Origin: Candidatus Bathyarchaeota archaeon
Lineage (GTDB): Archaea; Thermoproteota; Bathyarchaeia; Bathyarchaeales; Bathycorpusculaceae
DNA: 64,000 nucleotides
Reading direction: 5' to 3'
Assembly: GCA_963739305.1 (NCBI GenBank)
Contig: CAVTZU010000017.1
Location: 32,001-96,000 of the forward strand
In this document: positions 31,237 through 40,704 of the stretch, piece after piece
How positions within the stretch are numbered: position 1 is the first letter of the stretch
How the letters are laid out: each line of letters starts with the position of its first letter
Program-made: the position numbers and the translations under genes
The notes under the pieces: model-generated
What the model was told of the DNA's origin: nothing
What the model saw: only the letters and a program-made list of their open reading frames with translations
Databases searched by the model: none

Positions 31237-31944
31237 CTAGCTTATATGATGCCAACCGTATTCTTCATAAATCCTCTTACCCTTGTCGGACACAAGGAAG
31301 TGGATGAATTTCTCTGCAAGGGCTTTGTTCTTGGAGAAGGTAATGATCCCTATTGCCGTGCTTCTCTTCACTTGAAGGTCTTTCGGCAACTCTATTCTAT
31401 CCATAGTATCCATGTTCAAGTTCTTGAAGGCATCCCATCCCAGAATTGCATCTACGTTTTTCTTATTGACAAAAGACATCAATTCCCCGCATCCATCAGC
31501 ATAAGCAACGGTATTCTTTCTGATTTGCTCGGAGAATCCCGCTTTAGTGGCCAAATCATCCCACACTCCAGTCAAGCAACCACTTACAGAAACACCAACT
31601 CGCATTCCTTCTTTCGCCAAATCGGCAATTGATTTTATCTTCTTAGGATTTCCAGTTTGCACAAGAATAGCAGAGATTCTTGATCCAAGGCTTCTTCTTG
31701 TTTCTTTGAGAACTAATCCTTTCAATTGTGCATGGTCTAGTATATACTCTGAACCACACGTTAACAAGTCGCCATCTTTAGTTTCTGCGATTTCTTCAAT
31801 AAGATTTTCAGCTTTCCCGACAGTGAACTCAAATTCTGTTCCGAATTTTGTTGTGAACTCTTCTGCACATTTCTTTATTGGCGGTGCTACCGCACCAGCG
31901 GAATAAACATGGAGATGGTTTTGTTTCGGCATATTCTTTCCCAC
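31237..31944 (-). CDS. ModA-like oxyanion substrate-binding protein without signal peptide
   Basis: VYSAGAV, GNPKKIKSIADL, VDAILGW, FLVSDKGKRIYEEYGW. Confidence 0.8.
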   Translation of the reverse strand: MGKNMPKQNHLHVYSAGAVAPPIKKCAEEFTTKFGTEFEFTVGKAENLIEEIAETKDGDLLTCGSEYILDHAQLKGLVLKETRRSLGSRISAILVQTGNPKKIKSIADLAKEGMRVGVSVSGCLTGVWDDLATKAGFSEQIRKNTVAYADGCGELMSFVNKKNVDAILGWDAFKNLNMDTMDRIELPKDLQVKRSTAIGIITFSKNKALAEKFIHFLVSDKGKRIYEEYGWHHIS

Positions 31945-31967
31945 AGCAATTACCTATGTGAATATAC

Positions 31968-32168
31968 TTACTTTTGCATTTCTTTGATCTTCTCTTCCAC
32001 GCCCTTCAATTCATTCTTGAGTTCTTCTGCATAGCCCTTCAGTTTCTCCAACTTTTCAGCTTTCGTGAAGAAGTGTCTCCTGTATCCATGTTCGTCTCCA
32101 TGCATGCTGCATCCACAGTGATTTTCATGCCCATGATGATGCATTGCGCAACCACAGTCTTCGTCCAT
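31968..32168 (-). CDS. Small His/Cys-rich protein with coiled-coil C-terminus
   Basis: CGCAMHHHGHENHCGCSMHG..RRHFFTKAEKLEKLKGYAEEL; SD GAGGTGA. Confidence 0.82.
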   Translation of the reverse strand: MDEDCGCAMHHHGHENHCGCSMHGDEHGYRRHFFTKAEKLEKLKGYAEELKNELKGVEEKIKEMQK

Positions 32169-32265
32169 TTACAATCACCTCTGTTCAACTACTATTAGAA
32201 GTAAAGTATTTATGCTATCAAGTTTATAGCGACATAGTTGCTATCACCAATGAAAGTGGTTCTGT

Positions 32266-32655
32266 ATGGAAAACAAGAATGACGTAGTTTGTTTTTGCCC
32301 GCTTGAGGGAATAATAGACGTGATAAGCAAGAAATGGGCCCTTCTGATCATCAATGCAATAGGGAACTACGGTAGCCTCAGATTCAACAAGCTTATGGAA
32401 GAACTGCACGGAATAAGCCCCAAGACACTTGCAGACACGCTAAAACAGCTTCAAGAGGAAGAGCTACTTAAGAGAGAAGCATTTGCCGAAATCCCGCCTC
32501 GTGTCGAATACTCATTGACAAGAGATGGAGCAGGGCTCAGAGAAGCGGTGATCCCCATCCTAAAATGGGCTGCCTCTAGGCAATGCTCTAAAAAGAAATG
32601 TTCAGCAACCTACAACAAAATCCCCGCACACAGAATAAAAAACAGAATCACTTAG
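32266..32655 (+). CDS. HxlR-family regulator
   Basis: CFCP..KKWALLII..LRFNKL..GISPKTL..EIPPRVEYSLT. Confidence 0.93.
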   Translation: MENKNDVVCFCPLEGIIDVISKKWALLIINAIGNYGSLRFNKLMEELHGISPKTLADTLKQLQEEELLKREAFAEIPPRVEYSLTRDGAGLREAVIPILKWAASRQCSKKKCSATYNKIPAHRIKNRIT

Positions 32656-32828
32656 AAAAATGCGCGTGTTATTTTCTCTTTCTGAACAGCATTTCATCCT
32701 TGTGGCTGCAGACGCAGTCGAAAACGATTCGCATACACATTTTAACTGTACACTTTTTCACATAGAACAATAAATCTAATATCCCATTCTGATGGCAATC
32801 CTGCAAACAATACTCCGAAAAAGAAAAG

Positions 32829-32898
32829 CGCGTTCATTTTCTTTTTCAAAGTTAATAAAACTAGTTTCAAAAACGTTGGCAAAATTTATAAGAAATCC
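32829..32898 (+). repeat. 70-bp direct repeat, right copy; contains BRE/TATA for the downstream gene
   Basis: Identical to 24485-24554; includes GGCAAAATTTATAAG ~55 nt before the ATG at 32945. Confidence 0.97.
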
Positions 32899-32944
32899 AT
32901 GAAGATAAACTGTAAAACGGCATTTGCGATCGGGGACAAACAAA

Positions 32945-33148
32945 ATGGTGAAACTCAACAAGATTGACGAAAGTGTTGTTACAGCCCTGAAAGCCTCAGG
33001 CAAAGGGTTAACGCTGAACGAGATAGCTGAATCTACGGGTGAGACCCCGAAGAAGGTGTACAAGTCCTTACGGAAACTCTTTGAAAACGAAATGATCGAC
33101 TGTGAGAAACATCAGTACAGACTTCTGAAAACTGAGTCAACGGAATAG
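32945..33148 (+). CDS. Small winged-helix protein
   Basis: GLTLNEIAESTGETPKKVYKSLRKLFENEMI..YRL. Confidence 0.78.
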   Translation: MVKLNKIDESVVTALKASGKGLTLNEIAESTGETPKKVYKSLRKLFENEMIDCEKHQYRLLKTESTE

Positions 33149-33210
33149 TTACTCCATTCTTAATGCAAGCCCCCAAAATGGCTCAGAGAACAACGCAGGA
33201 TATTCAGTGT

Positions 33211-34212
33211 TCAACCTGAGTTTTCATAGAATCTCTTGAAGACCCTGCAGATTGCAAGGTCAATCCAAAGGTTCAGATTCTTTCTGCCAGTTTTCAGCAT
33301 CCTGAGTGTCCAGAGACCATTTTCCTGCTGTCTGTCCACGAACCATTCTAGCGCCTTGTCTATGTTTGGGTCTTGCCGTGTGAATCCGAGGAGCGACAAC
33401 AAATCGAGTGAAGACAGTAGATCTGTGAACCAGAAAGGGTACGCAAAGCTGGTCCAGAAGCTTGGAGCTTTTCTGTCGGGATACTTGTCTGACTGGAAGA
33501 AGCGTGATTTCAGCAGTTTTCCTGCATGCTTGGCCGCAGATACCTCTCGATACTTCGGATGAGCCGCAAAGGCACGCAAGACGACTCCCGTCACTAAATG
33601 TGAGAATGGTTTTGATCTGTCTGGCTCGACAGGCGTCTTCCTTTTCATCGCTTGAATGAGCGTCAGATAATCTTTGCCACTAAGGGTCCTCATCGGTATT
33701 GCCCATCCACCGTCGTTTTGCCGCATCTTCAGAAGCCACCTGAATCCTTTTTCAATCCTGGGGTCTTCGTGATAGCCTGCCTTGGTTAGAAGTTCCATGA
33801 TTGCTGCAGAATAGTTAGGGGTGTATTGGTCTCCATATATTCCTCTGAAGTCTCCTTCTGAGGTTTGGAAGCTGAACAGGAAATCTGCAGCGTTCCTTAA
33901 GGTTTCGTGTTCACGAGTGAACTCGTAAAGTTCAATCAGCACGCCGAGAATTCTGAAGGTTTCAAGCTGATTGTAGTTACGTTGAGATCTGACGTCGATC
34001 TTTCCGCCATGATATTTCCAAGAGCCATCCGAGTTCTGTTTGTCAATAATCTTCAAAGCTTCAGGCAGCTGCCAGAGAGTATTGATCGGTTCAACGTGCT
34101 CTTCCAGAAGGTCTCGTTTTGCGAAGTAGGAAACAGGCTTTTCTCCAGAATTGACTAGGCCCGAGGCTGGGTTAAACTTGAACTGTTGCCTCCATTCAGG
34201 CACCGTTCGCAT
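33211..34212 (-). CDS. Prenyltransferase/squalene-cyclase repeat (alpha/alpha barrel) protein
   Basis: QW-like repeats QNSDGSW, QTSEGDF, RQNDGGW, QQENGLW. Confidence 0.8.
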   Translation of the reverse strand: MRTVPEWRQQFKFNPASGLVNSGEKPVSYFAKRDLLEEHVEPINTLWQLPEALKIIDKQNSDGSWKYHGGKIDVRSQRNYNQLETFRILGVLIELYEFTREHETLRNAADFLFSFQTSEGDFRGIYGDQYTPNYSAAIMELLTKAGYHEDPRIEKGFRWLLKMRQNDGGWAIPMRTLSGKDYLTLIQAMKRKTPVEPDRSKPFSHLVTGVVLRAFAAHPKYREVSAAKHAGKLLKSRFFQSDKYPDRKAPSFWTSFAYPFWFTDLLSSLDLLSLLGFTRQDPNIDKALEWFVDRQQENGLWTLRMLKTGRKNLNLWIDLAICRVFKRFYENSG

Positions 34213-34345
34213 CTCCGCGAGTTAAACGATCTTGCGGATCAGACGACTTAGGAATACTCAATTTCCCACGAACGAATATATCATTCGTAGATTCTTAAGT
34301 CTACAGTTTCAAGGTTTGCGGCAGTTGGGGGAGGTATGTTCAGAC

Positions 34346-34849
34346 TTGAAGAAATCGTTCACAATCCGCAAAGCCACTGAAGATGATGTTGGAGCTATTT
34401 CTGAGTCTATTGAGGGATGGTTGAGTTGGAAGATACCTCGCGAACAATCAATAAAAAGGGCTGTGAAGAAACGAGAACTGTTTGTAGCTGAGCTAGAAGG
34501 TCGCGTGACAGGCTTCATCCATTACGTGCCCCATGAGGACATAATAGACGGCGGAACTAACTTCTTCATCACATGCTTGCATGTTACTCCGAAACATCGC
34601 AATGAAGGCGCTGGTTCTGCCCTTCTGAACGCCGCCGTGGAAGATGCTTTGAACAGAGGTGCCCGAGGAGTCGAGACGTCCACTTCAAATCCAGATGCCA
34701 AGAGACTGTATGAAAGGCGCGGTTTCAAACAGTTCATGGGCAATTGGACGATGGGGGAAATTTTCCTCGAAATGAACCTGGAAAAATATAGGAAGAAGAA
34801 TGAAGAGAATGCTCGAACAAGAACAAGCCCGCGCGCACTTCGTTTATGA
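34346..34849 (+). CDS. GNAT N-acetyltransferase
   Basis: IRKATEDD, LHVTPKHRNEGAGSALL, AKRLYERRGF. Start uncertain. Confidence 0.85.
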   Translation: MKKSFTIRKATEDDVGAISESIEGWLSWKIPREQSIKRAVKKRELFVAELEGRVTGFIHYVPHEDIIDGGTNFFITCLHVTPKHRNEGAGSALLNAAVEDALNRGARGVETSTSNPDAKRLYERRGFKQFMGNWTMGEIFLEMNLEKYRKKNEENARTRTSPRALRL

Positions 34850-34871
34850 CACGACGACGGGTGAGCTGGAA

Positions 34872-35442
34872 ATGGTTGAACAGTTAAATTTGTCTAATCG
34901 AAATGACTGGCGAGCTTGGCTCGAAAAGAATTATGCAACACGAGAAAGAGGTCTGGTTGATCTACTACAAGAAGCATGCTGGAAAACCTAGTATTCCATA
35001 CGAAGATTCGGTTGAGGAAGCCCTTTGTTTTGGGTGGATTGACGGCATAATCAAGAGAATTGATGATAAGAGATGCGCTCGAAAGTTCTTCCCCCGCAGA
35101 AGTCCTAGCAGGTGGTCTGAGTCCAACAAAAAGCGCGCTGAAAGGATGATCAGTGAAGGCAGAATGACAGAAGCCGGCATGGCAAGAGTCGACGACGCGA
35201 AGAAGAGCGGTGAATGGTTCAAGTCAAATGTAGTTCCCAAAAACTTGATGATACCTGCTTTCATTGAAGAGGCGCTGACCAAGAACAAGAAGGCGCGTGA
35301 GAACTTTAGCAAGTTGGCTGAGAGCTACAAGAAGCTTTACGTTCGATGGATTTCCAGTGCGAAACGGGAGGAAACCCGCTTGAGGCGTCTTGAAGAGGCT
35401 ATTGATCTGTTGGAACAGAATAAGAAGTTGGGACTCAAATAA
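34872..35442 (+). pseudogene. YdeI/OmpD-associated family protein with one frameshift near 34940 (probably a sequencing error)
   Basis: NRNDWRAWLEKNY[+1]EKEVWLIYYKK..EALCFGWIDG..SRWSESN..WISSAKREETR. Confidence 0.88.
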
Positions 35443-35569
35443 GCAGACCAACATGGTATGCACAAGAATTGTGACTTAACAACATCGAAGAAGTTGCACT
35501 TGTGCGCGCCAGGACCGAGGACCATTGCTTCCTTCTTCATCTTACGCTGTCTAGAGCATCCAGAGCTCA

Positions 35570-36469
35570 TCACGTAAAGGGTCCTTTCGGCGTTGTGTGG
35601 ATTTCATCGTTTAGAACAGTGATTGGAAGAAGTGACCAGCCGAGTAAGCTGTGGAGTATCAGAACGTCTGCGTATCCAACGAGAAATGCGGCCGCCAGAC
35701 AGGCTTCTTGCCACGCTGCAATTTCACTCAAGATCTCGCTTCTTCCTATCCAAGCCATCATGGGAACCCCCAGCAAAGGAAAACCGAAAATCTCTTCGCT
35801 CTTCTCGTCCACAGCTTTTCGAATCTTCGCGAAGTTGTTGAGAGTAACATTCAAACCTGCACCTGGAAAAGTGCCTGGGTCAAGCACGAGTTCTTGAACT
35901 CCGTTCTTCAGAAGCGTCTTTGTCAAAGATTTCAGAGTCGCCAAGTCACCCGGTGCAGAAACCGTTAGGGGGCAATCGTGTGTTTTGGCGAGTTCTACGA
36001 TTTCGCTCCAGTTTTCTTTGGTCGCCGCGTACAAGAGGGGTCTTTCCTTTCCAGCTGCCTCCAAGCCCGCTTTCAACACCTTGGGTTGCAGCGAGCATAA
36101 TATAAGAGGTAGACTCGCGTTTTCAGTGACTTTCCTGACCGTAGCCCCGAATTTCTGCGGATCGTTTGAACTGGAACGAATTGCGATCATGTGAAGCTTG
36201 AGCTTTCGATTCTGGAAGTCGAAGCTGAATTCGGCTATTCTTTTCGTTCTGGTCTGAATTTCATCGTCGGACATATCGTCGCTGATGTCGATTGCGATTG
36301 CAGTTGGATTTGGAGTAGGAATTCCATCGTCGTCCAGAACATTTTGTCCGCCGATTTTGACCCTCTTTTTTCCTTCGCCGACAGTAACCTCCTTAACTGT
36401 GGCCTTCAACCTTGCCATTTGCGTGAAAGGCTTCTTGTTTTCCTCACGCGTTGGTTGGCTTCTGCTCAT
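35570..36469 (-). CDS. Truncated CdhE/AcsC-like protein (TIM-barrel part only)
   Basis: VKIGGQ..PNPTAIAIDISD, IRSSSNDPQKF, RPLLYAATKENW, LVLDPGT, GFPLLG; no N-terminal Cys cluster; ends where the corrinoid-binding domain should begin. Confidence 0.8.
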   Translation of the reverse strand: MSRSQPTREENKKPFTQMARLKATVKEVTVGEGKKRVKIGGQNVLDDDGIPTPNPTAIAIDISDDMSDDEIQTRTKRIAEFSFDFQNRKLKLHMIAIRSSSNDPQKFGATVRKVTENASLPLILCSLQPKVLKAGLEAAGKERPLLYAATKENWSEIVELAKTHDCPLTVSAPGDLATLKSLTKTLLKNGVQELVLDPGTFPGAGLNVTLNNFAKIRKAVDEKSEEIFGFPLLGVPMMAWIGRSEILSEIAAWQEACLAAAFLVGYADVLILHSLLGWSLLPITVLNDEIHTTPKGPFT

Positions 36470-37533
36470 TGCGGTCCCCGAAACGTTTGAATTTTCGCCG
36501 AGATCCAGTTTGCAAAGTCGGCAGTGGGGCTCAACTTGACGTTCATGAGATTCGCTGCTGTGTTCTTCATGGTTCTTACTGCTGCTGGATGAATCATCAT
36601 GAACAAGTCTGCGCCTGCAAGCAGGAGTGTTAGTCCAGTTATTACTTCCCACAGAGGTCCTCTGAGTTCGCTTGGCTCAAACTCGCGATTCATTCTAGAG
36701 AAAGCCTCTGCTGCTGCCCAAGCATTTGATGGGCGTGCGCAAATCGGGTAGGCAAGTTCTGCGTCTCCAGCTAGGCCTGCAAGTCTGCTATTTCGCGTTT
36801 GATTGAAGGAATATGCAAGCCCGTGTCCCAGGGCCATCGTGGTCACATTCATGACTATGTCTTCTCTGGGCAGGAATTGGTGAAGCCGTCGGTTGAGTTT
36901 TCTGGCTGCGTTGAGATCTGTTGAGGCAGAAGCTAACACGGCGTGCCCGTTTTTCTTGATGACCTTTGCGAATCCTTCAATGTCCATTTCTGTCGTGACA
37001 GAGTCAAAGAGGAATCTTTCGCCCGAAAAAGCCTCAGCTATCTGACTGAAAACGGCGGCGTCTTTCTTTGGGTTTCCGCATCCGGCGATTATGAGAGGAA
37101 CGTCCACTGCCTGAGCGACTTTTTCGATCGTTCTCACCGCGTCTGACGGTGAGGCATCCTTCACCGAGGGGTCAATGGTTTGCAGGTGAACAGTCACCAT
37201 ATCTGCACCGAACTCGTCGACTGCGAGTTTTGCCATAGCCGCGGGGTCTGCGATTACGTCTTGGACGTGCATTCTCACTGCCGCTGGAAGGGGAACCTCC
37301 ATGTCATAGACATCGTATGCAATAACTGGAGGGTGCGGTGGAGGGTCATGAAAATCCGAATAGGCTGGCTTGTTTTCGCCGCCTATCACAAAGGTCCTTG
37401 CTCGTGTTCCGCCTTCTCCTCTTTTTGCTCCTAGTCTGACCTCTACGATCTTGTTAGAGAATTCCTTAGCAATGCTAGCTTGTTCCTTTTGCAGATTCGA
37501 CCTAGGTTTTTCCTTCACTGGAACATCACGCAT
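36466..37533 (-). CDS. cdhD: Corrinoid Fe-S protein small subunit CdhD/AcsD-like
   Basis: EGGTRART..IGGE, DEFGADMVTVHL, GCGNPKKD, ALGHGLAY, RGPLWE, LAGADLFMMIHP. Confidence 0.88.
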   Translation of the reverse strand: MRDVPVKEKPRSNLQKEQASIAKEFSNKIVEVRLGAKRGEGGTRARTFVIGGENKPAYSDFHDPPPHPPVIAYDVYDMEVPLPAAVRMHVQDVIADPAAMAKLAVDEFGADMVTVHLQTIDPSVKDASPSDAVRTIEKVAQAVDVPLIIAGCGNPKKDAAVFSQIAEAFSGERFLFDSVTTEMDIEGFAKVIKKNGHAVLASASTDLNAARKLNRRLHQFLPREDIVMNVTTMALGHGLAYSFNQTRNSRLAGLAGDAELAYPICARPSNAWAAAEAFSRMNREFEPSELRGPLWEVITGLTLLLAGADLFMMIHPAAVRTMKNTAANLMNVKLSPTADFANWISAKIQTFRGPQ

Positions 37534-37668
37534 GTGTCCTTGGATTCGTGTTCTCAAGCTGTGTTGTTTTTCGCAGCTGCGCAGATTTAATGCTTTGTGA
37601 AAATTGACGGAAGAGGAACTGTTGTGATCTAAGCGTCTTGTGTGGTTCTTTGAGTAATGATGCGTATG

Positions 37669-39102
37669 CTAAGTCGTTGCCAAGCCGTAGTGTTCTTCCA
37701 TCACGTGGTGGTACATTTTAGGAGGCATCAGTGAACCGAATGCTCTCGCTACGACCTCGCTGAGGGCCGGGTGTATGTGCATTGCCTTGATTAGCGGCTG
37801 GGCGCTTTGGTCGGTTGTGTTCATCAGGTTTATTATTTCTTGAATAAGCACGGAGGCGTGAGGTCCGATTATGTGGGCTCCGACGATTCTCATCCCCTCG
37901 TTGAGAACTATGACCTTGACGAAGTAGTCTTTCAGTCCCATTGCCTCTCCTTTGGCGGTGTCTTCATATCTGTGGACGCCGATTCGTATGTTGTTTTCGC
38001 CGTATTTGGCTACGGCCTCTTTCTCTTTCAACCCGACGCTCGCAATTTCGGGGTCTGTGAAAATCGCGTGGGGGACCGCTTGATAATCCACCTTGATTTT
38101 TCTCTTTTGTTTTGCGTTGAAGTAGACGAGGAGAGCCTCGTAGTTTGCCACGTGTTTGAACAAGTAGTTTCCATCTGCGTCTCCCAGTGCCCAAACGTTA
38201 GGCTGGGATGTCTCGAGATACTCATTGACGATGATCCAACCGTGATTGTCCGTTTTGATGCCTGCTCTCTCTGCATGTAATATGTCGGTGTTAGGGCCTC
38301 TTCCTGAAGCGATCAGTATCTCGTCTGCAGATATCTCTATCTCCTTGTGAGTGGTTCCGTCAATCGCAAACAACTTTTTTCCTGTGGGGGCTTTTTCTGT
38401 TTTGTACACCTTGCTGTCAGTGAGGATTGTCATGCGTTTCTGTAGCTCTCTTTTTGCCAAAGAGGAGATCTCGGGTTCTTCGTCAGGAATGAACTGGGGG
38501 TTTCTTCCGACTATTGTCACTTGTGATCCCAAAGAAGCTAGAAAATGACCGTATTCCGCTGCTATGTATCCTCCGCCCACGATGGCGATGCTTTTGGGGA
38601 GTTGTGTCAGTTCAAGGATTGTGTCGCTTGTGAGGTATCCGGTTTCGTCAAGGCCGGCAATTGATGGGATAATTGGTTTTGAGCCAGTGCAAAGAAAGAT
38701 CATTTTTGAAGTTATGGTTTCGTCTCCAACTTTCAGAGTGTATGGTGCGACGAATTCGGCGACTGAAGTGTAGTAGTCTATGTTCGTGGAGGTGGAAAGT
38801 CCATGGCGGAGACTGTTGATGTCTTTAGAGATCAGGTCGCGCATTCGTTGCATGATTTTTTGGAAGTCTATGTTCTTTATGTCAACGGTGATTCCAAAAT
38901 CTTTGGCTTTCTGAATTGTCCTGATCAGTTCTGCTGGGTATAGGAGGATTTTTGATGGGATACAGCCGCGTGTGAGGCAGATTCCGCCTGGCTGGTCTTT
39001 GTCTATTATTGCGGCCTTCAGTTTTGGGTTTTCTTGGAGAAGCGCGTTCGCGATTTCCATGCCTGATCCTGTGCCTATCAGGATGAAATCGTATTCCTTC
39101 AT
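37669..39102 (-). CDS. Class-I pyridine nucleotide-disulfide oxidoreductase (dihydrolipoamide dehydrogenase/mycothione reductase-like)
   Basis: IGTGSG, GGICLTRGCIPSK, GGGYIAAE, HIHPALSE. Confidence 0.92.
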   Translation of the reverse strand: MKEYDFILIGTGSGMEIANALLQENPKLKAAIIDKDQPGGICLTRGCIPSKILLYPAELIRTIQKAKDFGITVDIKNIDFQKIMQRMRDLISKDINSLRHGLSTSTNIDYYTSVAEFVAPYTLKVGDETITSKMIFLCTGSKPIIPSIAGLDETGYLTSDTILELTQLPKSIAIVGGGYIAAEYGHFLASLGSQVTIVGRNPQFIPDEEPEISSLAKRELQKRMTILTDSKVYKTEKAPTGKKLFAIDGTTHKEIEISADEILIASGRGPNTDILHAERAGIKTDNHGWIIVNEYLETSQPNVWALGDADGNYLFKHVANYEALLVYFNAKQKRKIKVDYQAVPHAIFTDPEIASVGLKEKEAVAKYGENNIRIGVHRYEDTAKGEAMGLKDYFVKVIVLNEGMRIVGAHIIGPHASVLIQEIINLMNTTDQSAQPLIKAMHIHPALSEVVARAFGSLMPPKMYHHVMEEHYGLATT

Positions 39103-39190
39103 TTGGCAAATCTCCACACGTGAGATGTTGTGTTTGTTCTTTAAAAATGAGTGATGCAACTCGCCGTGGAAGTGCGATACACTTTCAGAA

Positions 39191-39949
39191 TCAATTCTTG
39201 CTTGATAAGTTGTCCGTCTGCGTTTTGGTGATGCAGACCATCCCGCCTAGCTGTGTGAGACGTTTGCCCGCAGTTGATTCTGACTTGATTATCGTTGTTT
39301 TGACGCTTTTGTTTGCCGCGATCTGTATCAACCGGTTTATCCTGTGTTTTTCTTTACTGTCTGAAAGGTACTTGTCGGTGATGAGAAGATACTCAGGTCT
39401 GGGTGTCCCAGGTTTCTGCTGACCAAGGATCATTTCTTCTATTTCCTTGAGCGAGTACAGTATAGTCGAGTCCTGATTTTTGGCGTTGAGACGTTCTTCG
39501 AGGAGATCGATAACGTTTTCCGTCTCCATCTGTGTGGTTTCGCTGACTAGTCTTGTGGAAAAGTGGGGTTCTTGTTAATGCGGCCACTTCGGGTGGTGTG
39601 GTCGCGAGTCCTGTTGTTTCAGAAAACGTTGCTTTGTTTGAGACCTTGAGTTAGCCATGCGTGATGTGCGTGAACGTGTTCACTGAACACTCGCGCGTAA
39701 CTGGTTCTTGGCGGAGATGCGAGAATTACGCTTCTGACGCCTTCTTTCAAGCTGGGTCTCAGAGCGTTTACGACTGATTCGAGGAAGTTGTACAGTGCTT
39801 TTTGGTCGCTCCATTTTCCCTGAAGCAAGATGGTTTTTTCAGGTTTGACGACGTTGCTGAAAACTTTCCACAAGGACCGCTCGGTCTTCCTCCAAACCTA
39901 CTAGGATCGCAACGGGGTAGCCCCTGCGGTACTGTTGTTTGTGCTTCAA
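39191..39949 (-). pseudogene. Pelota/eRF1 domain 2-3-like protein with three frameshifts
   Basis: Reconstructed YRRGYPVAILVG..[+1]WKVFS..VILASP..[+1]..[+1]..LLITDKY..IIKSESTAGKRLTQLGGMVC; the end resembles eRF1 domain 3. Confidence 0.65.
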
Positions 39950-40107
39950 CTCTTCTTCACTCCGCTGCTGAGAAGGGAAATATCTGCAGTATTGCTCTGA
40001 ACTTGCACTGGTCGTCTCCGTTTGTTATCGATTTTTCCTTGATCACTTCGACGGGTTTTCCTGTTGCGCCTTCGAAAAGGGCCCACGCGCGTCGCCGTTT
40101 GCTTTGA

Positions 40108-40602
40108 TTATTTTTTGTTTTCGTCCAGTTTGACGACTTTGCAGCATCTTCGCTCGAGGTGACTCATCAGGCTTATGCCAGCCTTGCTTCTCTCTTCTTC
40201 CTCTTCCAGATGCTTCTCGAAGCCAACTTTCTTTACTCGATGATAGTTGTCGACGACAAATGGGTATGTATCCCTCTGATAAACGGTTTTCTCGCATGAA
40301 AGATAGTCGTCGCACAGCAGGCAGCTCTGAAGGTTCTTCTTCCCAGCGCATTTTCTGTTTTCGCACCAAGGTGCTCCTCCACCTTTGAGGCACATCGGAC
40401 ACTGCGAGTCAGAAAACCATTCTAGGCCTTTTCTGAACTCGTCAAAACTGAACGATTTCACAATGTCGTTGACCCAGTCATAGCGAGTAGTGTCAATGAG
40501 TCTTTTCAACTCTCTTGCCGTCATCGTCACTCTTCCGTTGCCGTTTGGGCATTGGCCGCAGTACACTCCGCACACTCCGTATTGCTCGTTCTTCTTTTGC
40601 AT
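40108..40602 (-). CDS. DUF3795-like Cys-rich protein
   Basis: VCGVYCGQC, CPMC, CENRKCA..SCLLC..C. Confidence 0.8.
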   Translation of the reverse strand: MQKKNEQYGVCGVYCGQCPNGNGRVTMTARELKRLIDTTRYDWVNDIVKSFSFDEFRKGLEWFSDSQCPMCLKGGGAPWCENRKCAGKKNLQSCLLCDDYLSCEKTVYQRDTYPFVVDNYHRVKKVGFEKHLEEEEERSKAGISLMSHLERRCCKVVKLDENKK

Positions 40603-40704
40603 TGAGAGTCACTTGTTACATTGAAAGAAGATGGTGATAGAAATACTTGGCGCCAAGCGTCAGGCTTTATAGCGTGAGCCGACGATACGGAGCATCGGGT
40701 TTGA

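Larger units (their letters stand above)
24485..32898. mobile_element. Putative genomic island (metal resistance/transport) bounded by 70-bp direct repeats
   Basis: Perfect flanking repeats, a visibly AT-richer interior and accessory cargo; no integrase or transposase seen. Confidence 0.6.
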
